The notes under the pieces: model-generated | Told to the model about the DNA's origin: nothing | The model's input: only the letters and a program-made list of their open reading frames with translations | Databases searched by the model: none | Assembly (NCBI GenBank): GCA_963822585.1 | Contig: CAWGIE010000023.1 | Location: 32,001-96,000 of the forward strand | Reading direction: 5' to 3' | Source of the DNA: an uncultured bacterium | GTDB taxonomy: Bacteria; Auribacterota; Erginobacteria; Erginobacterales; Erginobacteraceae | DNA: 64,000 nucleotides | In this document: in pieces, positions 1 through 9,882 of the stretch | Numbering within the stretch: position 1 is the stretch's first letter | Layout: every line of letters starts with the position of its first letter | Position numbers and translations under genes: made by a program

Positions 1-761
1 AGGAAGAAAAAGCGCGGCCGATTTACGCCCGCTACAAATCGATGGTCCCGGTCACCGACCTGATCGGATGCTTCCCCACCCGTCACTCCCTGAAGGCGAT
101 CATCGAGAAAGCGGATGAAGAGGAGTCGGCTGAGAACATCCGGATCGTGACCGAGCACACCGCCGAGTTGCTCGGGATCAAGGTCGATCAGATCGGCATC
201 TCCGGCTCCCTCTCCCTGGGAACCTACGACGACCCCCACGACGTGGACTACGTGATCTACGCTTCTTCCGATGAGGTGAAACGAATGGTCAGGTTCATGC
301 AGAAGCTGACCGACACCGACGAGAAGAGGAGGGTCTTCGAGTTCGGGAAGTACTGGCCGATCCGGTTCTGGGACTGGGCGGGGGAAAAGAAGTTCATGAT
401 CTGCCCGTTTTTCTCCTACCTGGACCCGGAGGAGGCGCCGCTCAGGAACTTCGACTGCGAGGACCTGGGGACGGCGGAGATCACCGCCCGGATCGTCGAC
501 GACACCCACAATGCCTTCAACCCCACCTACCTGATCGTGGACAACGTGAAGCTCGACGGGAAGGACTTTTCCGGGATCACCCGCTTGATCCTTTATCACG
601 GGGGAGAACGGGGAGATTGGCGGGGAGGCTACCGGGTCCGGGCCCGGGGAAATCACGTCCGGCTCAAGACCTACCGGATGGAAGCAGGCGCGCGGAAACC
701 GCAAGACGAGTTCGAAGCCCTGATGGTCAACAACCTGGATCAGGTAAAGAAGATTACTTAA
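1..761 (+). CDS. Predicted Pol-beta-superfamily nucleotidyltransferase (COG1665/AF1967-like), 5'-truncated by the window edge; paralog 1
   Basis: Frame is open from the window start (EEKARPIYARYKSMVP...). Motif GISGSLSLG...HDVDYVIY (GS...DxD). Shares VFEFGKYWPIRF, MICPFFSY and LILYHGG.RG blocks with 1246..2271. Confidence 0.7.
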   Translation, partial: EEKARPIYARYKSMVPVTDLIGCFPTRHSLKAIIEKADEEESAENIRIVTEHTAELLGIKVDQIGISGSLSLGTYDDPHDVDYVIYASSDEVKRMVRFMQKLTDTDEKRRVFEFGKYWPIRFWDWAGEKKFMICPFFSYLDPEEAPLRNFDCEDLGTAEITARIVDDTHNAFNPTYLIVDNVKLDGKDFSGITRLILYHGGERGDWRGGYRVRARGNHVRLKTYRMEAGARKPQDEFEALMVNNLDQVKKIT

Positions 762-765
762 ATCC

Positions 766-1219
766 TAAATCCTAATTTCTAAATCCTAAACAATATCAAA
801 TGACCGAAACTCAAAATCAAAAACGATATGACCTCGAAGAGAGAACCTTCGTTTTTGCGAAAAGAGTCATTGCTTACGTAAACAAGCTTAAAAAGACTAT
901 CCCAAATGTTGAAGTTGGGCGGCAATTAGTCAGGGCAGCAGGTTCCGTGGGAGCGAATTATCGTGAGGCTAATGAAGCATTGAGCAGGAAAGACTTTGTT
1001 ATGCGGATCAAAATCTGCCGGAAAGAAGCAAAAGAAAGTAAGTACTGGTTACGGCTTAGTGAACCTAACGTCGAACAAATGAAGGAGCAAAATTTTCCTA
1101 TAAATGAAGCACTTGAACTAACCAAGATATTCGGCTCAATTCTCGAGAAGTGCAAATAGTGTTTGGTGCATTTGAATTTGTATTTTTGAATTTATTTAGG
1201 ATTTAGAAATTAGGATTTA
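766..1219. repeat. Perfect 25-bp inverted repeat bracketing the four-helix-bundle gene
   Basis: taaatcctaatttctaaatcctaaa (766-790) is the exact reverse complement of tttaggatttagaaattaggattta (1195-1219); internal 7-nt periodicity. Confidence 0.9.
800..1159 (+). CDS. Four helix bundle protein (23S rRNA IVP / TIGR02436-like)
   Basis: YDLEERT..FA, QLVRAAGSVGANYREANEA.SRKDF..RIKICRKEAKESKYWL signature; AT-rich relative to neighbours. Confidence 0.9.
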   Translation: MTETQNQKRYDLEERTFVFAKRVIAYVNKLKKTIPNVEVGRQLVRAAGSVGANYREANEALSRKDFVMRIKICRKEAKESKYWLRLSEPNVEQMKEQNFPINEALELTKIFGSILEKCK

Positions 1220-1245
1220 TGATTTCTATATGATGGAGAAATGAT

Positions 1246-2271
1246 TTGAATACTACCTTCTACGACACCGTCAAGACCAACGACAAGTTCCGGGACTTCG
1301 TCCTTCCCCTGGACCGGCTGGAGATGATCCGGGACGCGACGCCCTTCATCCACAAATCCGGCCTTATCCTCTTCTCGGAAGGATACTACCATCCGCCCGG
1401 CAAATTGATCTGCAACATTATCTATGTCCCCGACCCGGCCGGTGAGAAGGAGATCTTCGGCCTCCCCTACCGCTCCATCATCAAGACCGAGGGCCAGGGC
1501 GGCGAGGAGGTCTGGATCAACTATGAATCCCAGCTCGATCTCTACCGGAAACTGGCCCCGGAAGCGCAGGAAAATAAGCCTCCCTTCGCGAAGTACAAGT
1601 GCCAGTTCAACCTCAAGGACATGATCGGCTTCGTCGATCATCGCCGCTCGCTGCTGAAAGCACGGGAACTCTCTCCCGGGATAGACGATTCCATCCGGAA
1701 GCTGGCCGGCATGCTCGGCCTCCAACCGGAGGCGATCGGGGTGACCGGTTCCCTGGCCCTCGGGAATCTGAAAACCGCCCATGACTTCGACCTGGTCTTT
1801 TACGGAACGGTCGCCGACGGCTGGAAGATCGTGAACCAGATCTACGAGATCGTCAAGGACCCGGCCCGGCAGGTCTTCGAGATGGGGATGCTCTGGGCGA
1901 TCCGTTTTTATGACGACTGGGGGAACATGATCTGCCCCTTCTTCTCCTACACCGATCTCTCGGAGATCCCGCTGGGGGAGTTCGAGATGGAGGTCCTGAA
2001 ATCGCCAGTGGAGATATCCGGGACCGTGATCAACGACCGCCATACCTTCTACATGCCCTCGGTCCTGCAGCTGGTGGATATCGACTTCCCCGAGAGGCCC
2101 GATGTCACCCACCTCTCCCTCATCCTCTACCACGGAGGACTGCGCGGAGAGTACAAGGCCGGCGACCGGGTCCGGGCGCGGGGCGACTTCGTCCTGGTGA
2201 CTACCCCGAACGACGCCTACCTCGGCCTCCTCTCCACCAACCTCGCCGACTCGGAGAAGGTGAAGATATGA
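1246..2271 (+). CDS. Predicted nucleotidyltransferase (COG1665-like); paralog 2
   Basis: EGYYHPP N-terminal block; GVTGSLALG...HDFDLVFYG; C-terminal LILYHGGLRGEYKAGDRVRARG. TTG start. Confidence 0.7.
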   Translation: MNTTFYDTVKTNDKFRDFVLPLDRLEMIRDATPFIHKSGLILFSEGYYHPPGKLICNIIYVPDPAGEKEIFGLPYRSIIKTEGQGGEEVWINYESQLDLYRKLAPEAQENKPPFAKYKCQFNLKDMIGFVDHRRSLLKARELSPGIDDSIRKLAGMLGLQPEAIGVTGSLALGNLKTAHDFDLVFYGTVADGWKIVNQIYEIVKDPARQVFEMGMLWAIRFYDDWGNMICPFFSYTDLSEIPLGEFEMEVLKSPVEISGTVINDRHTFYMPSVLQLVDIDFPERPDVTHLSLILYHGGLRGEYKAGDRVRARGDFVLVTTPNDAYLGLLSTNLADSEKVKI

Positions 2272-2466
2272 GGGATCTGGACAATCAATTGACAAAACGG
2301 TTATCGTTGAACGGTTGCGCTGCTCGAAACGTTGAACGGGGTACGGTTACATGCGGCTCGCCCCCGTAACCGTTCCACGCAACCGATTCGAGCCGCGCAA
2401 CCGCAACCTTTTAACCCCACAAGTTGCGAACGAAGTGAACTAACTTATTTTAACCGGTGGAATACC

Positions 2467-2820
2467 ATGCAGATCAAAAACATAGCGAAGATCGCGGCCG
2501 AGCCGGTGCAAGCCGGGAGCAAAACATCCAAGCAGACCCTGATTCCGCCGGGAGAGGGCGCTCACTTCTCGATCCGCCGCTTTGTCATCGACTCCGGGGG
2601 AGAGATGCCGAACCACACCAACACGGTCGAGCACGGGCAGTACGTCCTCGGCGGCCGGGCCGAAATCGGCATCGGCGGTGAGACCTTCACCGTTAAAAAA
2701 GGCGACACGGTCTTCATCCCCGCCGATATACCCCATTGGTACCGGAATACGGGCGATGCGCCCTTCGAGTTCATCTGCGTCGTCCCCGACCGGCCGGACA
2801 CCGTGGAGCTGATAAAATAA
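2467..2820 (+). CDS. Cupin domain protein
   Basis: Cupin motifs [16 protein letters not shown] and [17 protein letters not shown] at 2467 chosen over the upstream start in the ORF track. Confidence 0.85.
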   Translation: MQIKNIAKIAAEPVQAGSKTSKQTLIPPGEGAHFSIRRFVIDSGGEMPNHTNTVEHGQYVLGGRAEIGIGGETFTVKKGDTVFIPADIPHWYRNTGDAPFEFICVVPDRPDTVELIK

Positions 2821-3452
2821 AAAAGATCCTGATCCTCTATTACTCGATGTACGGGCATATCGAGACCATGGCCGGAGCGGTGGCGGAGGGGGCGAACTCG
2901 GTCGAGGGGGTGGAAGCGGTCATCAAGAGGGTGCCCGAGTTGGCCCCGGAAGAAGTCTTGCGGAAAGCCGGAGCCAAAATGAACCAGGCGGCGCCGGTGG
3001 CCGACCCCAAGGAACTCGCGGAGTACGACGCCGTCATCTTCGGGACGCCCACCCGTTTCGGGAACATGGCCGCCCAGATGCGGGACTTCCTCGATCAGAC
3101 CGGCGGCTTATGGGCGAAAGGCGCCCTGGTGGGCAAGGTCGGGAGCGTCTTCACCAGCACCGGGACCGGCGGCGGGAACGAGACCACCATCCTCTCCTTC
3201 TTCCTTACCCTATTTCACCAGGGGATGATCGTGGTCGGGCTGCCCTATTCTTGCCCGGAGCTGAGCGACATCTCCGAACCCCGGGGCGGTTCCCCCCTGG
3301 GCGCCGGCACCCTGGCGGCCGGGGACGGTTCCCGTCAGCCTTCGGAGAAGGAGCTGGCCATGGCCCGGTTCCAGGGCTGCCACGTGGCCAAGATCACCCT
3401 GCGTCTGTCCCCCTTTTCAACAGACGATTGTCGTAGATCCGGCAATTTTTGA
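2817..3452 (+). CDS. wrbA: NAD(P)H:quinone oxidoreductase WrbA (flavodoxin-like); apparent ATA start
   Basis: [48 protein letters not shown]; homology starts at ATA 2817 with GGAG 8 nt upstream. Confidence 0.9.
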   Translation: MKKILILYYSMYGHIETMAGAVAEGANSVEGVEAVIKRVPELAPEEVLRKAGAKMNQAAPVADPKELAEYDAVIFGTPTRFGNMAAQMRDFLDQTGGLWAKGALVGKVGSVFTSTGTGGGNETTILSFFLTLFHQGMIVVGLPYSCPELSDISEPRGGSPLGAGTLAAGDGSRQPSEKELAMARFQGCHVAKITLRLSPFSTDDCRRSGNF

Positions 3453-3552
3453 CGGAAATGTGATTGGAAATGATTGATTCTTGCTAAAGAGCGTTGAACG
3501 TTGAAAGTTGAACGTTCATTTTTTTAGTCCCCCTACCGCGGCCCCTTTATTA

Positions 3553-3665
3553 ACCACTAAGACACAAAGACACTAAGCGCACGAAGGATAATAAATTTTC
3601 TCGTTCCCCCGCGAAGCGTGGGAACGAGATTTTTGTGTTCTTGGTGTCTTAGTGTCTTGGTGGTA
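3553..3665. repeat. 9-nt-periodic imperfect inverted-repeat element with a nested hairpin
   Basis: accactaagacacaaagacactaag ... cttggtgtcttagtgtcttggtggt; internal ctcgttccc...gggaacgag. Confidence 0.7.
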
Positions 3666-3681
3666 AAAGGCGCGAGCGAAG

Positions 3682-4734
3682 CTAAAGCTTCTTCTCCAGC
3701 TGCGTCTGGAGGTGGGGGACGCCGGTCCGGAACCGTTCCAGTTCGATATCAAACCCGTCCACCACGGCGATGGCCGGGGTCTTAACACCCTTCTTGACCA
3801 GGTTTACCAGCCGCCCCTTAATGTGGAGCCGCAGCCCTTCCTTGAACTCTCCCCGCATCGCTCCGTCGTACATGACCAGCTGGATGTCATCGGTCTTCTT
3901 CCCGTCGATGTAGACGTTCTCCAGCCCGAGGACGACCGGGACATAGAGGGAATGCCGGTTGTCGGCCACCGTTCCGTAAACCTCGACCGGGTCCTTGACC
4001 AACTCCACCGAGCAGTCCCGGACCGGGGCGTCGAGGAGGTTGCGGTAGACGTAGAAAGTGCAAACCTCCGCCCGGTCGACGTAAATCTTGAGCGGCCAGA
4101 ACTTCCCGTACTCGACCACCTGCCGCTCCGGCTGGCCGTAGATGATGGACCAGAGCTTGTGGACCGTCTTCATGTTCTCTTTCGGGGTGCCGAAAAAGAC
4201 CAGGTCGATATCGTTGCCCTGCCTCCCCAGCGCCGAGGAGCCGGTGATCCCCAGGTGCTTCATGGGCACCTCGAAGAGGTCGCTGGTCATCTCCACCACC
4301 TCTTTGATCCGGGGGAAATGTTCCATCACGTAGCGCAGGGACGCCTGGTCGTTGAAGTAGCCGGCAAAGCTATCGCGGGGAAAGGCGACCTGGTATTCGG
4401 CCAGGATCAGGTGATGTGAGTCGGGGGGCAGGTCGGGGAAAAGACGGTAAAGCTTCTTGATCTGGTCCTTGTGGGAGACGTACGCCTCCTTGCCGTCCCG
4501 CATCTCCTTGACGATGCTGGCGTATCTCCGCCCGTGGATCTCCTTCTCCCCTTCCGGGTCCGGGTAATAGATCAGCTTCCCGACCACGGCGTCGGGCGGG
4601 TGCCAGTATCCTTCCGTGTAAACGAAACTCCCGTCCTTGCGCATCAAATAGGTGGTATCGAGCGGCCCTTTCTTCAGGTCCGACATCGGGCTCAGTATCT
4701 CTCCGATCACTTCATCAAAACGGTCCTTCATCAA
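3682..4734 (-). CDS. Predicted nucleotidyltransferase (COG1665-like); paralog 3
   Basis: EGYWHPP; GITGSSALG...NDIDLVFFG; VVEYGKFWPLK; MYDGAMRGEFKEG. Confidence 0.7.
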   Translation of the reverse strand: MMKDRFDEVIGEILSPMSDLKKGPLDTTYLMRKDGSFVYTEGYWHPPDAVVGKLIYYPDPEGEKEIHGRRYASIVKEMRDGKEAYVSHKDQIKKLYRLFPDLPPDSHHLILAEYQVAFPRDSFAGYFNDQASLRYVMEHFPRIKEVVEMTSDLFEVPMKHLGITGSSALGRQGNDIDLVFFGTPKENMKTVHKLWSIIYGQPERQVVEYGKFWPLKIYVDRAEVCTFYVYRNLLDAPVRDCSVELVKDPVEVYGTVADNRHSLYVPVVLGLENVYIDGKKTDDIQLVMYDGAMRGEFKEGLRLHIKGRLVNLVKKGVKTPAIAVVDGFDIELERFRTGVPHLQTQLEKKL

Positions 4735-5079
4735 ATTTCTCCCTTATCCCCTCGCCGCGCCCCCTTTTTGAACAGACGATTGGAGGTGATTGAATATGAT
4801 TGATTCTTGCTATACGAAAATTACGTTCGACGTTTTTAACCCGAGATGGCCGGAGGCCATTTTTCGGGTCGATGTTCAGTTTTTATTCCCCCACCTCACC
4901 CCCTTTTCTGCCACCAAGGCACCAAGACACCAAGTAATGGAGATTTGTGCTCCGCGGACAGCAAGCGAAGCGGTCCTAACATTTGCTACAACCCGTCTCT
5001 GGCGGAGATCCGGCAATCCGCCTCTGGCGGAGATACTACCGCCCTTTTAACTTTAGGCACTTTGAACTTTAGGCACTTC

Positions 5080-6342
5080 TTAAGGGTATAGTCCCCTGAT
5101 CCGCATGGCCTCGGCCACCCGGCCGACCCCGAGAATGTAGGCCGCGGTCCGCATGTCGACCCGGCGCTCCAGGGATATCTTCAGGACCTCGGCGAAGCTC
5201 CTTACCATCACCTGCTCCAGCCGGGCGTTGACGTCGTCCTCGCTCCAGAAGTGCGACTGCAGGTCCTGTACCCACTCGAAGTAGGAAACGGTCACCCCTC
5301 CCGCGTTGGCCAAAATATCCGGGATGACGAAGACTCCGTTCTGCTCGAAGATCTTATCGGCCCGCGGCGTGACCGGCCCGTTGGCCGCCTCGGCTATAAT
5401 TTTCGCCTTGATCCGGGGCGCGTTTTCCCCCGTAATGACGTTCTCCAGCGCCGCCGGGACCAATACCTCGCATTCCAGTTCCAGAAGTTCTTCGTTGCTG
5501 ATGTTCTCGGCTTCCGGGAAGTCCACTACCGAGCCCTTCTCCTTCTTCCAAGTCTCGATCCGGTTCGGGTCCAGGCCGTATTTATCGATGATGCCCCCTT
5601 TCGAGTCGGAGACGGCGATTATCTTGCATCCCAGGTTATGCAGGAGCTTGGCCGACCAGACCCCGGCGTTCCCGTACCCCTGAATAACCACGTGAGTCTT
5701 GTCGGCGTCCATCCTCAGATGCTTGAACGCCTCCCGGACCGTCAGCATGACTCCCCGGCCGGTAGCCTCGTTCCGGCCCAGCGATCCTCCCACCGAGATC
5801 GGCTTCCCGGTCACGCACCCGGTCACGCTGAATCCCTTGTGCACGCTCAGGGTATCCATTATCCAGGCCATAATCTGCGGGGTGGTATAGACGTCCGGCG
5901 CCGGGATGTCGTACTCGGGGCCGATGATGATGCTGATCTCGGTGGCGTAGCGGCGGGTCAGCCCTTCCAGTTCGCATGCCGACATCACCTTGGGATCGCA
6001 GATCACCCCGCCTTTGGCGCCGCCGTACGGTATGCCGACCACCGCGCACTTCCAGGTCATCCACATCGCCAGCGCCTTGACCTCGTCCAGGGTGACATAG
6101 GGGTGAAACCGGATGCCCCCCTTTCCCGGCCCCCGGATCAGGCTGTGCTGAACGCGGTACCCCTCGAACACCCTGGTCCGGCCGTCGTCCATCCTGACCG
6201 GGACGGAGACGATCAGCGCGCGGTGCGGTTCCCGCAGGCGGCAGTGAAGATCGGGGTCCAGTTTCATGATCTTGGCCACGTTGTCGAGCTGGGATTGGGC
6301 AATCTTCCAGGGGTTCGCTTCGTCTTTCCTGGGCATCATCAT
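5080..6342 (-). CDS. gdhA: Glu/Leu/Phe/Val dehydrogenase (small hexameric glutamate dehydrogenase)
   Basis: GPGKGGIRFHP, MTWKCA..PYGGAKGG, DIPAPDV, IQGYGNAG, NAGGVTVSYFEWVQ. Three tandem ATGs; the third (6336) has the best RBS spacing. Confidence 0.92.
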   Translation of the reverse strand: MMMPRKDEANPWKIAQSQLDNVAKIMKLDPDLHCRLREPHRALIVSVPVRMDDGRTRVFEGYRVQHSLIRGPGKGGIRFHPYVTLDEVKALAMWMTWKCAVVGIPYGGAKGGVICDPKVMSACELEGLTRRYATEISIIIGPEYDIPAPDVYTTPQIMAWIMDTLSVHKGFSVTGCVTGKPISVGGSLGRNEATGRGVMLTVREAFKHLRMDADKTHVVIQGYGNAGVWSAKLLHNLGCKIIAVSDSKGGIIDKYGLDPNRIETWKKEKGSVVDFPEAENISNEELLELECEVLVPAALENVITGENAPRIKAKIIAEAANGPVTPRADKIFEQNGVFVIPDILANAGGVTVSYFEWVQDLQSHFWSEDDVNARLEQVMVRSFAEVLKISLERRVDMRTAAYILGVGRVAEAMRIRGLYP

Positions 6343-6440
6343 ACCTCCTTATTTTAATTCCAGCCTGCCGGCAGGCTGAAATTAAATATTAATATTGTTC
6401 CCGGTTCAGGTTCCCGGATCGGGGCATTCTCTGATCGCCT

Positions 6441-9317
6441 CTATTCTATTTTTACGAAATCGAGAAAATCAAGTTCGTCCGCTTCCAGCCCTTTTTCATA
6501 GATGTACCCCGAGGCCAGTGTGGAAGCGAAGATGGCTTCCAGGTACATCCCGGGCACCCGCTTCAGGATTGTTTTGATCCCCACCCGCTTGACCAGGGAG
6601 GGGGGACAGTGCCGCCGGATGACCGCTTCCCGCAGTCCTCTGTCACCGTACAGAGACGAGCCGCGGACCTTGTCGGTCACCCGGTTGATCTTGTCGCTCA
6701 GCCGGTCGGAGAGGACCGAGAGGGGGGCGCCGGACTTTTCGTGTTCCCGCCAGAGAGCCCCGAACTCGGCGGAGGCGTTCCGCCGGATGATCCCGATGAT
6801 CTCCTCGATATACTTCTTCCGGAAGGCCGGTTCCCGGCCGCCTTCCGGCATCGTCATCAGCCGGGCGAACTCGTCGTCTTCCAGGGCCAGGCCGGCCAGC
6901 ACCTCCAGCGAGGACGAGGTCACGCCGCCCTTGTTGGCGGAGGCGTCCTTGAAGAGAATGACCCCCTGCTCCTCCAGGCGGAGGCGCGCCTCCTGGGTGA
7001 TGAAGAGGTTGGCGCCCTCGACGATGATCCGGGCCCGGGGCACCCCTTTTTCGTTGAAGAACTCCCGCCAGTTCCCGATCCCGATCGCCCGGGGCCGTCC
7101 CCCGCAGGGGATGAAGAGGTCGGCGGCCAGACCCGGGTAGAAGTGGAAACGGTTCCGGAAGTCGGTCCCGTTGAGTACAATCGTGCCGTCCGGGAGGCGG
7201 ACGTCGCGCTCCCCCACCCCCACGAAGAAGCCCCGCCGGGAGAGTTTTTTCCGATTGAAGCGATCGACGGTCAGCCGGCGCCGCGCCAGTCTCTTCAGTT
7301 CCTTCCTCTCCAGGCCTTTCGGGTCATAGATGACGCCGCTCCCGTCCACCACCGCCAGTGTCCGGTCACGGGAGATCAGGATCTCGTTGGACCCCAGGTC
7401 GCCGTCGGGACCGCCGGTCTGGAACTTGGCGATCTTCTCCTCCTGCAAATCCAGCGCCCGCAGGGTGTCGGTCACATAGCGGTGTATCCCCTCGGTGGTC
7501 ATCCCGTAGGTGTCGTGGGGGACGCCGCCCAGCTCCGGCTTCTTGCCGGTGGTGAACGCTCGCCAGTAGCGGTAGCCCCGGTAACGGGCGTGGAGCGCCG
7601 CCCAGTCCATCAGGTCGGCCGTCCCCTCGTCCGGCCCCAGGAAGAGGATCTCCTCTTTTCCGTAGAGGTCCACGATCTCGGGGTGCGGGAGGAGGAGGTC
7701 GAGCAAACCGTCGATATAGTGGCGGAAAAGGCTCTCCCCCGCCGCGCTGTAATCCATGCTCAAAAGAATTGTCCCCTTGGCGCCCCCTTCCGGGATGTCC
7801 TTGTTCTTGCTTTGCTGGGTCCGGGCCAGGTTGTAATTCTCGTCGAAGATAAAATCGGAGTTGAGATCGTAATCGTTCTGGGAGGGCGAGCGGACCAGGC
7901 GGATCCCGCCCCGGGCGATGTCCCGGAAGCGGATGTGAAAGCCCCGGAACCCCTTGCCGACCAGGAAGAAGATCCCGAAGGGCTTTTCCGGATAGTCAAC
8001 CGGGTTAAGGAACGACGGCTCGAGGCGGAAAGAGAGGCAAACCTTCTCCTTCTTGAAAAAGTTCGTCTTCAGGACGGACCGATTGAAAGTGATGAATACT
8101 TCCAGGATGTGGCGCGCGATCTCCGAAGGCACGTTCTCCTCGATCATCTTCCGGGCTTTCGCCAGGTGGGGATTGTTCTCCCCCACCAGCTCCCTCCCCG
8201 GGAAGAAGCGGTGGAAGAAGTCGTGGAAGATCTCCCGCACGATCTCCCGGTGTTTAAGCACGGTATCGGTCACCCGGGCCTCGTGGTAGGTATCCTTGGC
8301 CAGGTGGGTCTTGAAGAGCGAAAGTGTCCCCAGAAGTTCCGGCTTATCGCCCAACGCCCGGGAGAGGGTCACGTACTCCTCGGTGTAGGAAGTCAAAAAC
8401 TGGTGGGCGAAGGCGGCGGCGGCGTAGGCGAACTTGGTCTCCTCGGCGCTGAAGTCCCCGGCATAAAACAGCTCCGAGAGCGCGTCCGATGTGAGCATGG
8501 CGGCCATCGAGATGTCCTGGAAGAGACGTTCCATCTCCAGTTGATCCCTTCTTTGATCGAGATAGAAAGAGAAGATGACCGTCCCGTCGGCGAAGGGCTC
8601 CACGTACTCGCGGTTGATATGGGCGTCGTGCTTCTTGAGGATGAAGGTGTAGTTGGTGAAGAAGCCCTTGGCGGCGTCCCTCCCCATCCCCACCATAATC
8701 CGGGTCTCCCCCTGTTTCGGCAGCTCGGAGAAGGAGATCCGGGGAACGTCGCTGGCCCGCAGCCGGTTCCAGAGTTTCCGGTACCGTTCGATGGTCGCCT
8801 TCGGCGAGTTCTCCATGAACTCCCGGGAAGCCGCCTTTTCGAAGGACGCCGCCGGGGTCCCGAAAGCGGCGGCGAAATGCGGGCGGGAGACCACGTAGAG
8901 GCGCAGCGGGTACCCCCGGGAGCGGTAGCTCTGGAGCCGGAAGACCGGGTAGTGGGACTCGATCCTCCCCTTCAGGGTCCGGATCTGATCGTAATCGTCC
9001 TCCGTCATGTAAGTACCGCTCTCGCCGTGCTCGCTCACGAACTGGACGGGGACGTGCCGTCCGCCGGAGTTCTCGGAGATGATCCGGCTGGCCCTGATCG
9101 ACTCGATGTGCCGGGAAATCTGTTCCAGGGGGGTGTACTTGAAGTAATAATCGGCGATCCCCAGCTTGAGGAAGAACCAGGCCATCTCCTTCCGCACCCG
9201 CTCGGGGGTAAAATTCCCCCGGCGCAAAATCAGCGTCTCGATCTCCTCCAGCTGCTTAAGCGAGAGGGGAACGTGAGAAGCGATCTCCTTCAAAGACGGC
9301 AATAATTTGTTATTCAT
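6441..9317 (-). CDS. Large NAD-specific glutamate dehydrogenase (GDH2-type, about 958 aa)
   Basis: GFHIRFRDIARGGIRLV, TQQSKNKDIPEGGAKG, LGPDEGTA, QTGGPDGDLGSNEI, VEGANLF, KDASANKGGVTSSSLEV; start set at ATG 9317. Confidence 0.88.
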   Translation of the reverse strand: MNNKLLPSLKEIASHVPLSLKQLEEIETLILRRGNFTPERVRKEMAWFFLKLGIADYYFKYTPLEQISRHIESIRASRIISENSGGRHVPVQFVSEHGESGTYMTEDDYDQIRTLKGRIESHYPVFRLQSYRSRGYPLRLYVVSRPHFAAAFGTPAASFEKAASREFMENSPKATIERYRKLWNRLRASDVPRISFSELPKQGETRIMVGMGRDAAKGFFTNYTFILKKHDAHINREYVEPFADGTVIFSFYLDQRRDQLEMERLFQDISMAAMLTSDALSELFYAGDFSAEETKFAYAAAAFAHQFLTSYTEEYVTLSRALGDKPELLGTLSLFKTHLAKDTYHEARVTDTVLKHREIVREIFHDFFHRFFPGRELVGENNPHLAKARKMIEENVPSEIARHILEVFITFNRSVLKTNFFKKEKVCLSFRLEPSFLNPVDYPEKPFGIFFLVGKGFRGFHIRFRDIARGGIRLVRSPSQNDYDLNSDFIFDENYNLARTQQSKNKDIPEGGAKGTILLSMDYSAAGESLFRHYIDGLLDLLLPHPEIVDLYGKEEILFLGPDEGTADLMDWAALHARYRGYRYWRAFTTGKKPELGGVPHDTYGMTTEGIHRYVTDTLRALDLQEEKIAKFQTGGPDGDLGSNEILISRDRTLAVVDGSGVIYDPKGLERKELKRLARRRLTVDRFNRKKLSRRGFFVGVGERDVRLPDGTIVLNGTDFRNRFHFYPGLAADLFIPCGGRPRAIGIGNWREFFNEKGVPRARIIVEGANLFITQEARLRLEEQGVILFKDASANKGGVTSSSLEVLAGLALEDDEFARLMTMPEGGREPAFRKKYIEEIIGIIRRNASAEFGALWREHEKSGAPLSVLSDRLSDKINRVTDKVRGSSLYGDRGLREAVIRRHCPPSLVKRVGIKTILKRVPGMYLEAIFASTLASGYIYEKGLEADELDFLDFVKIE

Positions 9318-9882
9318 TTTTCTGTTTCCCTGCTTCAGTGCTTCGAAGCTCATCTCGGAGAAAAGCTGATATTCCAAGATAGTTGGACCATCTATTTAAA
9401 TATGCATAATCCAGGTTATCGGCGTTCTCTACTAGAATCCCGCGAACATCCTCCGTATCCCGGGGACGGTCACTGATAAGCTTGACCAGGATCAAATCCT
9501 CCGGGGACATAACTTCAAATTGGATATCGCTGACTTTAACGGTTCGGGAACGGGAGATCGCCGAGCGCTGAAAGTCGTTTTGAGCGAGGAAGAGATCAAT
9601 GTAAACACCGGTAGAAGGATGCAGTAGGGTAATAAACGGCAATTCTTTGATGCTTTTTAACGGGTTCTTCCTATCCCATTGAAAACCCTGTTTGGCCGCG
9701 GCTTCTAAAAAACGCGGAGTCGAACTTTCTTCCACATCAATCACTCCATCAATGTCCAACGTCGTGCGTGGTAGAGCGTAGATACTGACGGCGATTCCCC
9801 CCATAATGACTATTTTTGTGTCCGCCTCTTGTGCTGCTTGATCTAATTTTTTAAAAACAGTTAAGAGCACGTTGGTCGTCAT
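9310..9882 (-). CDS. Nucleotidyltransferase (DUF6036/AbiEii-like), possible toxin-antitoxin component
   Basis: IMGGIAVSIYALPRTTLDID and SPEDLILVKLISDRPRDTEDV motifs; lower GC. Confidence 0.75.
   Translation of the reverse strand: MTTNVLLTVFKKLDQAAQEADTKIVIMGGIAVSIYALPRTTLDIDGVIDVEESSTPRFLEAAAKQGFQWDRKNPLKSIKELPFITLLHPSTGVYIDLFLAQNDFQRSAISRSRTVKVSDIQFEVMSPEDLILVKLISDRPRDTEDVRGILVENADNLDYAYLNRWSNYLGISAFLRDELRSTEAGKQKNE

Noticed and set aside
800..1159. 23S rRNA intervening sequence
   Set aside because: The flanks are protein-coding genes and there is no rRNA sequence.
2332..2466. N-terminal extension of the cupin given in the ORF track (and 2736-2816 for wrbA)
   Set aside because: The extensions cross a palindromic intergenic region or overlap the cupin, and family homology starts later.
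6609..9305. 898-aa plus-strand ORF and similar long antisense ORFs (e.g. 1210..2295, 5251..6357, 14825..16414, 40699..41787)
   Set aside because: These are shadows of GC-rich genes on the opposite strand with no recognisable motifs.
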